From: Leidyana gryllorum EB-2025a
Taxonomy: Eukaryota > Protista > Apicomplexa
Direction: 5' to 3'
Assembly: GCA_048772705.1 (NCBI GenBank)
Contig: JBLWGC010000127.1
Location: forward strand, 1 to 6,006
Length of the DNA: 6,006 nucleotides
Shown piece after piece: positions 5,058 to 6,006 of this stretch. Below the pieces are notes generated by a model, which made no database searches, had not been told where the DNA came from, and saw nothing but the letters and a program-made list of their open reading frames with translations. Positions within the stretch are counted from its first letter, which is position 1. Each line of letters starts with the position of its first letter. Both the position numbers and the translations under genes were made by a program.

Positions 5058-5110
5058 TCTTGGTCGTCGGTTGACACGATTGGACAAGTTGCCCCAGAAC
5101 CAACATAGCC

Positions 5111-5143
5111 ACCTCGTTAGCCCAGTTCGGTAGGGCAGTCAGG
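5111..5143 (+). pseudogene. tRNA 5' half fragment, resembling elongator tRNA-Met
   Basis: ACCTCGT-TA-GCCC-AGTTCGGTA-GGGC forms a D arm with an A box and resembles the GCCTCGTTAGC start of eukaryotic elongator Met. No anticodon or T arm. Confidence 0.4.
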
Positions 5144-5197
5144 GCAACTAACCTCTCGAGAATCGCATTTCGGCTACCTCTGACATGTTGCAGACTA

Positions 5198-5269
5198 AGC
5201 AGTGTAGCTCAGTGGAAGAGTGTTGGGCTCATAACCCAAAGGTCCGTCGATCGAAACGACGCACTGCTA
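5198..5269 (+). tRNA. trnMi(CAU): Eukaryotic initiator tRNA-Met(CAU)
   Basis: A1:U72 (AGCAGTG/CACTGCT-A); three G:C pairs in TTGGG-CTCATAA-CCCAA; T loop ATCGAAA (A54, A60). Confidence 0.96.
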
Positions 5270-5316
5270 AGTGTGCGCAGAAGGGAACAGTTGTAGGATA
5301 GATTGGCTCGTGAGCA

Positions 5317-5388
5317 AGCCTTCTGCCGGAATCGAACCGGCGACCTTTCGCTTACTAAGCGAATGCTCTGCCCCTAAGCTAAGAAGGC
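5317..5388 (-). tRNA. trnT(AGU): tRNA-Thr(AGU)
   Basis: Reverse complement GCCTTCT/AGAAGGC-T; TTCGC-TTAGTAA-GCGAA; GCCGG-TTCGATT-CCGGC. Confidence 0.93.
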
Positions 5389-5464
5389 AATGCAAGCCGG
5401 GAATCACGCATCAGTCCCTATTTACGCAAGTTATCAGAGCACTTTGATCGAGTACTCTGATGAC

Positions 5465-5537
5465 TTCCACTGCCGGGACTTGAACCCGGATCGTGCGGGT
5501 GAAAGCCGCATATCCTAGCCACTTAGACTACAGTGGA
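5465..5537 (-). tRNA. trnE(UUC): tRNA-Glu(UUC)
   Basis: Reverse complement TCCACTG/CAGTGGA-A; TGCGG-CTTTCAC-CCGCA; CCGGG-TTCAAGT-CCCGG. Confidence 0.95.
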
Positions 5538-5635
5538 CAAGTGCTCGAGTTTAGGCTTCGGCCGAGAGCCGAACCGTCTCGGAAAGATTCCACCATCAAT
5601 ACGACTGGAATTTGTTACCAAGTCCGAGCTTTCTT

Positions 5636-5705
5636 GCCGCCCCAACTCCGTCGGTAGAGCACAAGACTTTTGAAGGGAGAACCGCGGGTTCGGGCGGCGC
5701 GAGCA
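5636..5705 (+). pseudogene. tRNA-Lys(UUU)-derived element, copy 3
   Basis: Homologous to the 928 and 2485 copies; CAAGACTTTTGA; 3' strands unpaired. Confidence 0.75.
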
Positions 5706-5769
5706 GTCCGAGTAAAGCTTGCTGAACCGTATGCGAAGCCACTGGCCGCAAAATGCCAAGTTCGACAAC

Positions 5770-5851
5770 GGCAACTTGCCCGAGTGGTTAAGGGGGTAGA
5801 CTAGAAATCTACTGGGCCGGGCCCGCGCTGGTTCAACTCCAGCAGTTGTCG
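5770..5851 (+). tRNA. trnS(AGA): tRNA-Ser(AGA)
   Basis: Well-formed 82-nt cloverleaf; variable arm GGGC-CGG-GCCC; T loop TTCAACT. Confidence 0.93.
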
Positions 5852-5907
5852 TGCGATGTGGTTACACCAACTCATTTCTGAATGTGGAAAAGCAACCATG
5901 TGTCCTC

Positions 5908-5978
5908 TGCATCTGCCGGGAATCGAACCCGGGTCGTCTCGATGGCAACGAGACATTCTACCACTAGACCACAGATGC
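5908..5978 (-). tRNA. trnG(GCC): tRNA-Gly(GCC)
   Basis: Identical to 1206-1276. Confidence 0.95.
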
Positions 5979-6006
5979 GTCACACCTCGTTGTTGAAGCT
6001 CCTACA

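Larger units (their letters stand above)
5465..5985 (+). repeat. Segmental module Glu/hairpin/Lys-like/Ser/Gly, copy 3
   Basis: Same gene order, orientation and spacers as 679-1290. Confidence 0.85.

Noticed and set aside
219-5978. Bacterial, phage or organellar tRNA array
   Set aside because: The eukaryotic initiator signature, multiple A34 anticodons, His A73 without G-1, absence of CCA and mixed strands all argue against it.
26-5983. All ORFs in the six-frame track (60-134 aa)
   Set aside because: They are short, mutually overlapping read-throughs of tRNA genes. Recurrent peptides such as PGSIPG and GIEPGSS are translated T arms, and no protein motif is recognisable.
1-6006. CRISPR array, rRNA/5S, snRNA or transposon
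   Set aside because: The repeats are tRNA paralogues at irregular spacing. I recognised no rRNA or snRNA motif, terminal inverted repeat, LTR or transposase.
1-6006. Suppressor, selenocysteine or pyrrolysine tRNA
   Set aside because: No foldable unit has a centred TCA, CTA or TTA anticodon. TTCAA and CTAGA strings belong to CAA, TTC or AGA loops.

Overview
The window has no credible protein-coding gene. It is an extremely dense eukaryotic-type tRNA gene cluster with about 42 tRNA-derived units in 6 kb (roughly one per 140 bp) on both strands. About 16 fold as intact or near-intact cloverleaves: His-GUG, Thr-UGU, Thr-AGU, Ser-AGA x4, Gly-GCC x2, Cys-GCA, Ile-AAU, Phe-GAA, Asp-GUC, Lys-CUU, initiator Met and Glu-UUC. 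About 26 are degenerate, truncated, inverted or anticodon-switched copies. A eukaryotic (Pol III-type) origin is indicated by the absence of encoded CCA, A34 anticodons (AGA, AGU, AAU, AAC, AGG), an initiator with A1:U72 and an AUCGAAA T-loop, and His with A73 and no encoded G-1. The cluster is a mosaic of reshuffled multi-gene modules (Lys-like/Ser/Gly, Lys/Glu, iMet/Thr, Trp/Leu, Asp, His). It contains two mappable micro-inversions, one of which splits a Ser tRNA across strands. Several copies carry an anticodon for a different amino acid than their body, and most intact genes lack a nearby oligo-T terminator. All calls come from manual folding and pairwise comparison within the window. The ends of degenerate copies are approximate.
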